Of a stretch of 64,000 nt of DNA, positions 41,472 through 50,020 are shown in pieces. The stretch spans positions 1,453,834 to 1,517,833 of the forward strand of contig CBDANS010000006.1 of the NCBI GenBank assembly GCA_965197745.1. The letters run 5' to 3'. The stretch's first letter is position 1, and each line of letters opens with the position of its first letter. The stretch is from Opitutales bacterium. Lineage in GTDB: Bacteria; Verrucomicrobiota; Verrucomicrobiia; Opitutales; PNEW01. The position numbers and the translations under genes are program-made. Below the pieces are notes generated by a model, which had not been told where the DNA came from, searched no databases, and saw only the letters and a program-made list of their open reading frames with translations.

Positions 41472-42338
41472 ATGATCCAGGAAACTCACAGTCTTACCGA
41501 AGCGCAGGTCCAGCACTTTGAAACCTTCGGTTTTATAGTCCGTCGCCAGGTCTTCAGCCCGGATGAAATTGACCGGATCAACAAGGAGTTTGATAAATAT
41601 CTCGCGGCGATTAAAGAGGAATTTGAAAAGAAATCAGATCCCAGTACGCATCGCTGGCCTAATTGGTCAAACATGAATCCGGATACCCCTTATATGGCAA
41701 GTTTGTTGGAAGATCCGCGCATTTATGTTCCCACCGAACAATTACAGGGAGAAGACACGGTTCCCTTGTATTCCAATGCCAACAGCTTTAGATTTAACAG
41801 CAACTGGCATGCAGATACGCGGCAATGTCATTTGCCTATGCTTAAAAATCTCGTCTATCTGCAACCCACGACCGGTGACCACGGATCTTTGCGTGTGATT
41901 CCAGGTTCGCATAAGAGTCCCCTCTACGATAATCTCCAACGCCTGAAGATGAGTCCCTCTGATGATAAGCAGTCGAAATCTTTAAAGGAATCCGGCATGC
42001 GTGGCGAAGATATTCCCGCTTATATATTCTGTTCGCAGCCAGGTGATGTCATTACCTTTAACATGAGATTATGGCACGCGGCTTTTGGCGGATATGAAGA
42101 CCGCAGGAACTGTTCCCTTGCCTTTTGCAGCAATCCCAAGACGGCAGAAGAAGAAGAAGATCTAAAATCACAGTTAGAAAATGCCAAAACTTTGACAGAC
42201 GGGCTGAAAATGGAATTGAAAGATTCGAAATACTACCACCCCTGGTGGTTGGATAATCCCGAGGGCAGTCCGAGACGCGCACGCTGGATACAATGGCTGG
42301 ATGATAAGGGCTTTATTGAAGCGGTTAATAAGAATTAA
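41472..42338 (+). CDS. PhyH-family dioxygenase #19 (clade B)
   Basis: WHAD, GSLRVIPGSH, WHAAFGG. Confidence 0.92.
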   Translation: MIQETHSLTEAQVQHFETFGFIVRRQVFSPDEIDRINKEFDKYLAAIKEEFEKKSDPSTHRWPNWSNMNPDTPYMASLLEDPRIYVPTEQLQGEDTVPLYSNANSFRFNSNWHADTRQCHLPMLKNLVYLQPTTGDHGSLRVIPGSHKSPLYDNLQRLKMSPSDDKQSKSLKESGMRGEDIPAYIFCSQPGDVITFNMRLWHAAFGGYEDRRNCSLAFCSNPKTAEEEEDLKSQLENAKTLTDGLKMELKDSKYYHPWWLDNPEGSPRRARWIQWLDDKGFIEAVNKN

Positions 42339-43203
42339 CTTAAAGGATCCCATCATCATAAAGGAAAAATACACGCTCACCGAAGAGCAGATCCAGCACT
42401 ATGAAATCTTCGGTTTTCTTATCCGTCGTCAAGTATTCAGCTCTGAGGAAATTGAGAGAATCAACGGGGAGTTCGATAAACGTCTCGCTACCCTGAAACG
42501 TGAAAATGATCTGAAAGAAGATGACCAAATTCATAACTGGTGCAATCGCAATCCAGAAACACCTTATGTGGCCAGCTTACTGGAGGATCCCCGCATTTAC
42601 ATACCTTCAGAGCAATTATTAGGAGAAGACGCCGTTCCCGTGTATTCCAATTCCAACAGCTATCGGGAAAACACTTCCTGGCACCCGGATTCGAAGGAGC
42701 GCCATTTACGATTGCTCAAAAATGTAACCTATCTGCAACCAACCTCCGCTGATCGCGGTTCTTTGCGTCTCATTCCCGGTTCACACAAGAGTCCCTTATT
42801 TGATGAGCTGCATCGGATCGGATTGAATATCTATGACGATGAGAACAAATCCAATTTTATGGAAGAATCAGGTCTCCGAGGTGAAGATATTCCCTGCTAT
42901 ATATTCTCTTCTCAACCAGGCGATATCATTACCTTTAACCAGAACACATGGCATGCGGCTTATGGTGGTTACGAAGACCGAAGGACGTGCACCTTTAATT
43001 TCATCTGCAACCCCAAAACTGCTGAAGAAACAGCAGAACTGCGCGCCAAGGTGAAACATGCCGGGAGTATTAAAAAAAGACTGCGAACCCTGGGGCCACA
43101 ATACCATCCGTGGTGGTTGGCCAATCCTGAAGGCAATATCAGGCGTGCGCGCTGGATAAAATGGTTGGAAGAGTGGGGTTTTGTCGAATCGATGAAGAAT
43201 TAA
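42301..43203 (+). CDS. PhyH-family dioxygenase #20 (clade B); start uncertain (ATG 42301 or ATC 42355)
   Basis: WHPD, WHAAYGG; the codon aligned with the paralogs' Met1 is ATC. Confidence 0.88.
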   Translation: MIRALLKRLIRINLKDPIIIKEKYTLTEEQIQHYEIFGFLIRRQVFSSEEIERINGEFDKRLATLKRENDLKEDDQIHNWCNRNPETPYVASLLEDPRIYIPSEQLLGEDAVPVYSNSNSYRENTSWHPDSKERHLRLLKNVTYLQPTSADRGSLRLIPGSHKSPLFDELHRIGLNIYDDENKSNFMEESGLRGEDIPCYIFSSQPGDIITFNQNTWHAAYGGYEDRRTCTFNFICNPKTAEETAELRAKVKHAGSIKKRLRTLGPQYHPWWLANPEGNIRRARWIKWLEEWGFVESMKN

Positions 43204-43223
43204 TTAACCCCCAGAGTGATTTT

Positions 43224-44075
43224 ATGATCCAGGAAAATCACAATCTCATTGAAGAGCAGATCCAACATTTTAAGACATTTGGTTTTCTTGTCCGCCGCCA
43301 GGTGTTCAGCGCGGAAGAAGTTGAGAGGACCAACGAGGAGTTCAGCCGCCGCCGCGCATTCATCCTCGCGGGGCTCAATGCTGATGAAAAAAAAGGTTTC
43401 AGAACATGGCCAATCCGAAATCCGAAAAGCCCGTATATCGCGAGTTTATCTGAAGACCCCCGAATTTATGTGCCCTCAGAGCAACTCTTAGGTGAAGACT
43501 CCGTATTACTCCAGTCCAACTGCAACAGCTATAGGGTAGACACTGCCTGGCACTCGGATACGAAGGATCGCCATTTGCGATTAATTAAAAATGTAATATA
43601 TCTGCAACCCACCACTGCCGAACGTGGTGCCTTGCGTCTCATTCCCGGTTCACACATGAGCCCCTTATACGATGATCTGGTAGGGATCGGCTTGGATCTT
43701 TATGTCAAAGATCAACAGTCCTATTTTCTGAAGGATTCCGAGTTTTGCGGTGAAGATATCCCCAGCTATATATTTTCTTCACAGCCGGGCGACATTATCA
43801 CTTTTGCCCAGTGTACCTGGCACGCGGCTTTTGGTAGTTTCGAAGACCGAAGGACGTGCACCTTTAATTTCATCGGCAACCCAAAAACAGCTGAAGAAAA
43901 AGCGGAACTGCGTGCCATGGCGGAGCAAGCCGGGAGTCGGAGTTTTAAAGAATTACCGGTCCAGGGGCCCCAATGTCATCCGTGGTGGATGGCCAATTCT
44001 GAAGCCAATGCCAGGCGCGCGCGGTGGATTGAAAAGTTAGAAGAGTGGGGTTTTGTCGAAGCGGTGAAAATTTAA
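43224..44075 (+). CDS. PhyH-family dioxygenase #21 (clade B)
   Basis: Start ATG 43224; WHSD, WHAAFGS. Confidence 0.92.
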   Translation: MIQENHNLIEEQIQHFKTFGFLVRRQVFSAEEVERTNEEFSRRRAFILAGLNADEKKGFRTWPIRNPKSPYIASLSEDPRIYVPSEQLLGEDSVLLQSNCNSYRVDTAWHSDTKDRHLRLIKNVIYLQPTTAERGALRLIPGSHMSPLYDDLVGIGLDLYVKDQQSYFLKDSEFCGEDIPSYIFSSQPGDIITFAQCTWHAAFGSFEDRRTCTFNFIGNPKTAEEKAELRAMAEQAGSRSFKELPVQGPQCHPWWMANSEANARRARWIEKLEEWGFVEAVKI

Positions 44076-44148
44076 GGAGGGAATTTATCCCTTTATAGAT
44101 AGGGGTATTACCTCTTCCAGCTCATAAAAGCAGCCTGACCTCTTTTGT

Positions 44149-44952
44149 CTAGTCGTCTCGGAAAGGAATGAAGTCGGGAACTTCTTTTGCGCCCAGTCGC
44201 GGCAAGTCCTCAACCATCTGTCGTATACGTGGGCGATCGCTAGTTAAGAGGGTTTCTGCAGGTTCAAATATATTCTTTTTATAATAACGCAGCGAGGCGA
44301 GATGCATGTCGGTCGTCGGTCGAGCCGCAAATTTTAGCGCAATATAACGCCGGCCTTTTTTTCCATTAAACATGGAATGCCAGAGACTCTGGCTGAAAAA
44401 TAAGACATCACCCGGGCGACATTCAAAAGGAAAGCCGGGTATATCCGGTCCGGGGACATCGAATGGTTTAACATAATCTCCGTGCTGATGACGATTTTCC
44501 GGTTCTATTTGCCCATGAAGGGGCAGCCGATGGGAACCGGGTATCACGCGCAGGCAGCCATTATCTTTATCCAAGGGGTCGAGATAGAGCATGACTTTAA
44601 TTCTGAGGTAGGAAACTTCCTCCTCATCACCGGGACGGTCAGGATGCCAGCCATGCTCACGATGATAGGTTACTTGTCCCTCAGATCCAGCCCAGACAAA
44701 TCCAGGCCCGAGCAATCCCTCGATCGTGTCCTGGATGCGATCGTCATCGAGTAGTTCCAGCAGCGGGGAATGCCGTTCAACAAACTCATCTAATGATAAC
44801 TCCTCGTCTTTCGAAGACTCTTTTTTTCTGTCATCCACCCATAATTTTTCGGCTTCGCTTGTTATCTTATCAATCTCTTCGGGGGTGAAAGCCTGGCGCA
44901 GGATAAGAAAGCCAAAGGCGTCAAAATGTGCTTTCTGTTCGGGAGCTATCAT
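44149..44952 (-). CDS. PhyH-family dioxygenase #22 (clade C)
   Basis: WHPDRPG, CLRVIPGSH, WHSMF, RRYIALKFAA. Confidence 0.92.
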   Translation of the reverse strand: MIAPEQKAHFDAFGFLILRQAFTPEEIDKITSEAEKLWVDDRKKESSKDEELSLDEFVERHSPLLELLDDDRIQDTIEGLLGPGFVWAGSEGQVTYHREHGWHPDRPGDEEEVSYLRIKVMLYLDPLDKDNGCLRVIPGSHRLPLHGQIEPENRHQHGDYVKPFDVPGPDIPGFPFECRPGDVLFFSQSLWHSMFNGKKGRRYIALKFAARPTTDMHLASLRYYKKNIFEPAETLLTSDRPRIRQMVEDLPRLGAKEVPDFIPFRDD

Positions 44953-45004
44953 ATTCGGGCTCAGCTAATTAATTATATTTAGATTATCAGGTAAAATCTA
45001 TTGC

Positions 45005-45853
45005 TCAATTAATACTATTCTCTTCTCGTTGATGATAGAGTGAAGCTTTTAAATCATCACAATAGGGTATGAAGGCAGGTACTTTTTTTGCGCCCAGGCG
45101 TGGTAAATCCTCAACCATTCGGCGAATTTTGGGATTATCGCTTTTTAACAAGATATCTGCCGGTTCAAACATGTGCTTAGTATAATAGCGCAGGGAGGCG
45201 AGTTGCTTATCCATTAACGGACGCGCCGCAAATTTCAGCGCGATATAGCGCCGCCCTTTTGTCCCATTGAACATGCCATGCCAGAGACTATGATTGAAAA
45301 ATATAACATCACCCGGACGACATTCTAATGGAAAACCGGGCATATCCGGCCCAGTGATGTCGAAAGGCTTAACATGATCCTCGTGCTGGTGGTGTTCCTG
45401 CGGTTCTATTTGCCCATGAAGGGGTAGCTGATGGGAGCCCGGTATCACGCGCAGACATCCACTGTCTTTATCCAGGGGATCGAGGTAGATCATAACTTTA
45501 ATTCTCTGATAGGAGAGTTCCTCTTCATCACCGGGTCTGTCCGTATGCCAACCATGGTAACGATGACTGGTAACTTGTCCTTCAGATCCAGCAAAGATAA
45601 AATTAGGTCCGAGCAATCCCTCGATCGTCCCATGAATCCGATCGTCAACGAGAAGATTAATCAGTGTGGGACGCAGCTCAACGAACTCATCTGAACTTAA
45701 CTCTTCGTCCTGCGAAGGACATTTCTTCCTGTGTTCACTCCAAATTGTTCCAGCTTCGCTTGTTATCTTTTCAATCTCTTCAGGTGAGAAAGCCTGACGG
45801 AGGATAAGAAATCCAAAGACGTCAAAATGTGCTTTCTGTTCAGAAGTTAACAT
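45005..45853 (-). CDS. PhyH-family dioxygenase #23 (clade C)
   Basis: WHTDRPG, CLRVIPGSH, WHGMF, RRYIALKFAA; close paralog of #22. Confidence 0.92.
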   Translation of the reverse strand: MLTSEQKAHFDVFGFLILRQAFSPEEIEKITSEAGTIWSEHRKKCPSQDEELSSDEFVELRPTLINLLVDDRIHGTIEGLLGPNFIFAGSEGQVTSHRYHGWHTDRPGDEEELSYQRIKVMIYLDPLDKDSGCLRVIPGSHQLPLHGQIEPQEHHQHEDHVKPFDITGPDMPGFPLECRPGDVIFFNHSLWHGMFNGTKGRRYIALKFAARPLMDKQLASLRYYTKHMFEPADILLKSDNPKIRRMVEDLPRLGAKKVPAFIPYCDDLKASLYHQREENSIN

Positions 45854-45952
45854 AGTGATAATTTATTTTTTATAAATAGTTTATCAGGTTAACTTTAATT
45901 CTCAATTAAATAGATTGTCATGTTGTAAGTGATGTAATGGTATTCGACAACG

Positions 45953-46942
45953 ATGAAAAAGGTAATGGGAATAGATGGAGGAGGGACACAAACGCGTGCA
46001 ATAATCCTTGATGAAAAGGGCCATTTTCTTGGTCTCGGGCAAGCCGGTCCTTCCAATCCCAATGCCGTAGAGCTCGAACAATCCCTGACCGCGATCAATG
46101 GAGCTATGGCCTGCGCCTGTGAAAGTGCAGAGGTAAAGTTAAATGAAATCGATGCTGTGTTCCTCGGAATTTCCGGGCTGCCGCGCGTTAATCGTGAAGC
46201 TTTCAAAAAAACATTGACGGAGAAACTATCGTTCACCCCATCGCAATCTTTTGCTATCGATCATGATTTGCACATCGCCTTGACGGGTGGATTAGCCGCT
46301 GAGCCGGGAATGGTTCTCGTTGTCGGCACGGGATCGGCCTGTTATGGACTGAAGGAAGATGGCAGTCGCAGTCAGGCAGGCGGGTGGGGATACCTTGTTG
46401 ATGATTTTGGCAGCGCCTATTGGATAGGATTGCAAGCGCTTGCCGCGGTCGCGCAATCCGCGGATAGCCGCTCCGGGCCCACGGCGCTTACCTTGGCGAT
46501 CAAAGGGGCCTTAGAGATAAATGAGATGAACGAGTTAATAAGCCTTATCTATGACCCTGATTTTAGCCAGCAGGAGATAGCAGCACTGGCACCGCACGTT
46601 TTCTATGCGGTGAGTTCGGGTGACACTGCCGCTCTGGCCATCATTAATCGAGGGTGCAGGGAACTGGCGCGTATGGCGACAACCGTGGCCCGTAAACTCA
46701 ATTGGAAAAATGAGCCTTTAAAAATTGTGATCACCGGCGGCGTGGCCCGCGCCAAAAAACAATTTATGAACCCGCTGAAAGCAGCATTAAAAGCCAGACT
46801 GCCCCAGGCCAGGCTTATCAAGCCAATCCTTCCTCCCGTTTTCGGTGCTGCATTACTTGCTTATAAGATGATAAATGTATCACCGGATAATTCACTTTTA
46901 GGGAAACTTAAGGAAGCAGCAAAAGCGAAAAAGCTGAGTTAG
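45953..46942 (+). CDS. BadF/BadG/BcrA/BcrD-type sugar (GlcNAc-like) kinase
   Basis: GIDGGGTQT, GPSNP, DHD..IAL, VVGTGS, AGGWGYLVDDFGSAYWIG, ITGGV. Confidence 0.9.
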   Translation: MKKVMGIDGGGTQTRAIILDEKGHFLGLGQAGPSNPNAVELEQSLTAINGAMACACESAEVKLNEIDAVFLGISGLPRVNREAFKKTLTEKLSFTPSQSFAIDHDLHIALTGGLAAEPGMVLVVGTGSACYGLKEDGSRSQAGGWGYLVDDFGSAYWIGLQALAAVAQSADSRSGPTALTLAIKGALEINEMNELISLIYDPDFSQQEIAALAPHVFYAVSSGDTAALAIINRGCRELARMATTVARKLNWKNEPLKIVITGGVARAKKQFMNPLKAALKARLPQARLIKPILPPVFGAALLAYKMINVSPDNSLLGKLKEAAKAKKLS

Positions 46943-47028
46943 GATCACCGGGTGGATGATGGGATTGCGGAATTGCGAATGCGGATTTCGGATTGTTCCT
47001 GACGGTTATTAATTTCGTAATATTCGAT

Positions 47029-47119
47029 TTGTCATTGCGAGAAGCAGTGCGCCACGGTCGGCTGATAGCCTCCCTCGCAATGACAAGAGGAGGTGGAACG
47101 CGCTGTCCCTAACGCGTTG
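47029..47119. repeat. TGTCATTGCGA...TCGCAATGACA palindrome followed by a GGTGG REP-like unit
   Basis: Matches the 18033-18141 and 6074-6100 families. Confidence 0.7.
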
Positions 47120-47271
47120 AGGATGAAACAATTAAAGAAACGCGACGAAGCGACAATGCTATCGAAGCTCCTGCCTTGGGTTAATATCCGTATAACAAGG
47201 ATTGGTATTTAAGTATTGAAAGCAGAATTAAACAGGATAAATTAGAAACAGAAATTAAAGAAAGAGGACAG

Positions 47272-48036
47272 ATGGTTACGCAGGAACAGTTGAATCACTA
47301 CTGGGATAAGGGATGGGTCGTCGTCGAAGGGGTATTCGATCCTGCCGAGGTTGATCGCATCGCAGAAAGAGCCACGACCATTATTGAAGAGGAGATTAAG
47401 GATCCCAATATTCCCGCCGTGGCAGGTGAACGATTGGAAAATGGAGAGATCATTCCCCGTAAATTAATGAACGCATTTTTCAAACATCATTCATTTCAGG
47501 AATTCGTTCTTAATGACCGGCTCAAAAAGGTAATCGAGATGTTTATAAAGGGCACCCCACTATTGTTTGCGGAACAGATACTCATGAAGCCGCCTCATCA
47601 CGGGGGTCCCAAACCCTACCACCAGGATAATTTTCATTTTCAGTGTTTTCCCGCCGATCATGTAATTACGGCCTGGATCGCGCTCGATGATGTAGGTGAA
47701 GAAAATGGGTGCCTGCGCTATATCAGTGGATCACACAAGGAGGGAATGATCCCCCACTTCCCGATGGAAAATGAACCTTACAATAAAATACCTGTTGAAG
47801 ACCGCATAGATTTATCAAAAGAGGAGCTGGCACCAGTAGACAAGGGGGGTGTGGTCTTTCATCACGGATATACATTACACAGTTCGCACCGCAATCATTC
47901 CGACCGCTGGCGAAGGGGGTACGCCACCCACTGGATAACGCCTGCTGTCAGCCGCAAGAATGGAGATCTCGATGGCGCTGTTTTTAACGACGAACGTTAT
48001 CGATCATTTCTCTCGAATTTAAGTCATAAAGAATAA
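47272..48036 (+). CDS. PhyH-family dioxygenase #24 (canonical PhyH/EctD-like type)
   Basis: MKPP, YHQD, ITAWIALDD...ENGCL, GSHK, LHSS..N.SDRWRR. Confidence 0.93.
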   Translation: MVTQEQLNHYWDKGWVVVEGVFDPAEVDRIAERATTIIEEEIKDPNIPAVAGERLENGEIIPRKLMNAFFKHHSFQEFVLNDRLKKVIEMFIKGTPLLFAEQILMKPPHHGGPKPYHQDNFHFQCFPADHVITAWIALDDVGEENGCLRYISGSHKEGMIPHFPMENEPYNKIPVEDRIDLSKEELAPVDKGGVVFHHGYTLHSSHRNHSDRWRRGYATHWITPAVSRKNGDLDGAVFNDERYRSFLSNLSHKE

Positions 48037-48259
48037 GCAGTAGGGTTGTTAAGTCAGGATCTCTTTCGGCTGATGAGATGGGGTAACGCCGTTCAATCAA
48101 TACCTCAAAGCCCCAAGCCAAGGTCGTGTCTTTGCTCGTTTAAAGGTCTCACTTGGCCAGCATTTTGGCATCCCATCCTTCCCATTTAATTACCTTCACG
48201 TTCTACTTTCAAAACGATCCAGTTAGTTATGCCCGGTCAGATTAACTTTATTTCGTGAT

Positions 48260-49198
48260 ATGCCCTTTATTGAAAAGCCGCTTAATATCAAGCCGGTGGG
48301 TAACGATTTTTCGCCATTGGGCCAATTTGTCATTCCCAATGACAAGGATAACAGAGAGCACCTTTTATTAGGGGGCAGTCCATGCTGCTTTTATCTTACC
48401 CTCCTGGGTTGCGATGAGAACCGAATGATCGGTCGTATCTGTTATAATGCGGACGGACAGATTGTAGCTGCTTTTCATTTGTCTCTTCCTGATGGTAAGC
48501 TTAATATAAAGAGAGCACCTGACCTCACTTCAACTGATCATTTGCGTCAAATAATAGAAGAGTCTGAACGGATATTAATGGAGCAAAGTGACGTTGGTTT
48601 ATTAGAGATATCTTCGTGGATTAAGCTGCAAGATTTTTCAAGTTTTCTCAGAAAGAGCGGTTTCAGTGATGTTTCAGAGGAAGAGATTATCTTTGAATAT
48701 GACCTTGGAGGTGAGTTGGAACCGCCACGGAAAATAGACGGCGGCTCTATCAGAGAGTTGAACGAAGATGATGAATTAGAAGTGGAAAGCCGAGCTAAAG
48801 TCCGGGGCAGTGCATTCAGTGGAGAGGATCTCGATTCTGTAGGAGCTTGGGGAATCCGAAACATTCAGAGAATGGTGGATTTTCGCAGGCGTACAGGAGG
48901 AAGCGATTTAGTGGTTTTAAATCAAAGCAGTGCCGTAATCTCTTTTGCTGCTTTCGACCTGTATAAAAAGATTTTGATCGGAGAGTTTGATCCTATTGGA
49001 ACGCTGCCTGGTTATCAAAGAAAAGGACTGGCGAAAGCGGTTATACTCGATGGGTTGCGACGCATGAAAAAGAGTGGCATGAAAAAAGCCTTGGTTAGAA
49101 CTCATGTCGATGTCATCCCTGCCATAAAGACCTATGAATCGATTGGCTTCAAACAGGTGGATCGAGCGATCTCATACGAGAAAAGATTGGGGAAATGA
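48260..49198 (+). CDS. GNAT-family N-acetyltransferase
   Basis: C-terminal IGTLPGYQRKGLAKA and PAIKTYESIGF. Confidence 0.8.
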   Translation: MPFIEKPLNIKPVGNDFSPLGQFVIPNDKDNREHLLLGGSPCCFYLTLLGCDENRMIGRICYNADGQIVAAFHLSLPDGKLNIKRAPDLTSTDHLRQIIEESERILMEQSDVGLLEISSWIKLQDFSSFLRKSGFSDVSEEEIIFEYDLGGELEPPRKIDGGSIRELNEDDELEVESRAKVRGSAFSGEDLDSVGAWGIRNIQRMVDFRRRTGGSDLVVLNQSSAVISFAAFDLYKKILIGEFDPIGTLPGYQRKGLAKAVILDGLRRMKKSGMKKALVRTHVDVIPAIKTYESIGFKQVDRAISYEKRLGK

Positions 49199-49245
49199 AA
49201 AACTCATATATAAAGTATATCATTCCATTTTAAACCATATAAAAA

Positions 49246-49270
49246 TGGTCGGGGTGACTGGACTTGAACC
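49246..49270 (-). other. tRNA-Pro 3'-end fragment; probable att site
   Basis: Reverse complement GGTTCAAGTCCAGTCACCCCGACCA is a T-loop, acceptor 3' strand and CCA. Upstream bases do not complete the T-stem, so this is not an intact tRNA. Confidence 0.85.
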
Positions 49271-49564
49271 CGTTTTAACCGTGCATCTACATTCATTCAA
49301 TTTCAACTTGTTTCTCTAATTGTTATTCCTGAGCACTTTAAGAAATTTTAAAAATGCACTAAAATGCAGTCAAATACAGCAAAGTGAATGATAATTAGCA
49401 AATCTTTAGCAAACTTTAACTTTATATTTAAGAATTATATATTTAAGTTAACAGACTGTTATCCATCAATGTGCAATTCGGACATATCTGGAATTTGAAG
49501 GTCAGTATCTTTTTTGTCCGGCATCGATTTAACCAATTATATCAGGATAATTCCTGATAATCAT

Positions 49565-49915
49565 TAAGAGAGCTTTTCCTGTCGTCTGTCGTTAAGGATT
49601 TTCTTCATTCTATCCTCTGTTTCTTCCTGCTTGTTTTTTGAAAGAAAAGGGATCCTCATATCCCTGAGGCGATCAATCGTAGTTGAGGATAGCGAGGACT
49701 GAATCAATACTCAATCAAGGACAATGACACGTATTACTCGCAAAGCCCAATATAGGGAACAGCGGTTCAGTTCCTTATAATCGAATGATCTTATAGGATA
49801 AGATAGGATAAAAATGTCCTTGTGAAACCATCTTTACGTCATCGGCCAGTAGCATGACTGATTCCCCTATCCTATAAGAGTTCCTTCCTTGATCATCAGA
49901 ATATCGAGGGGTCGA
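49565..49915 (-). pseudogene. Decayed fragment resembling an R-M target-recognition domain (HsdS/type IIG)
   Basis: Frame-broken pieces DILMIKEG / YRIGESVMLLADDVKMVSQGHFY / VLIQSSLSSTTIDRLRDMRIPFLSKNKQ; recognised by eye only. Confidence 0.4.
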
Positions 49916-50020
49916 TCGTGGCTCAGGTTAATATGTATTTGAAATTTCCGACACATTTGATAGAACATGTAAATTTGACCTTCCGAAATTCTAAAAGCGA
50001 ACAATTCCGAACATTTACAA

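Noticed and set aside
27717..44075. Integron cassette array or DGR as the source of the dioxygenase series
   Set aside because: Spacers are too short for attC sites; no integrase, reverse transcriptase or template repeat; I saw no sign that differences are confined to adenines.
29064..45694. Recurrent antisense and alternate-frame ORFs across the array
   Set aside because: They are shadows of the conserved paralogous genes, with inconsistent starts and stops.
24803..48036. Halogenases among the dioxygenases
   Set aside because: All 24 keep HxD; none has the HxG/HxA substitution.
49200..49320. Intact tRNA gene
   Set aside because: Only the last 25 nt are present; no D or anticodon arm.
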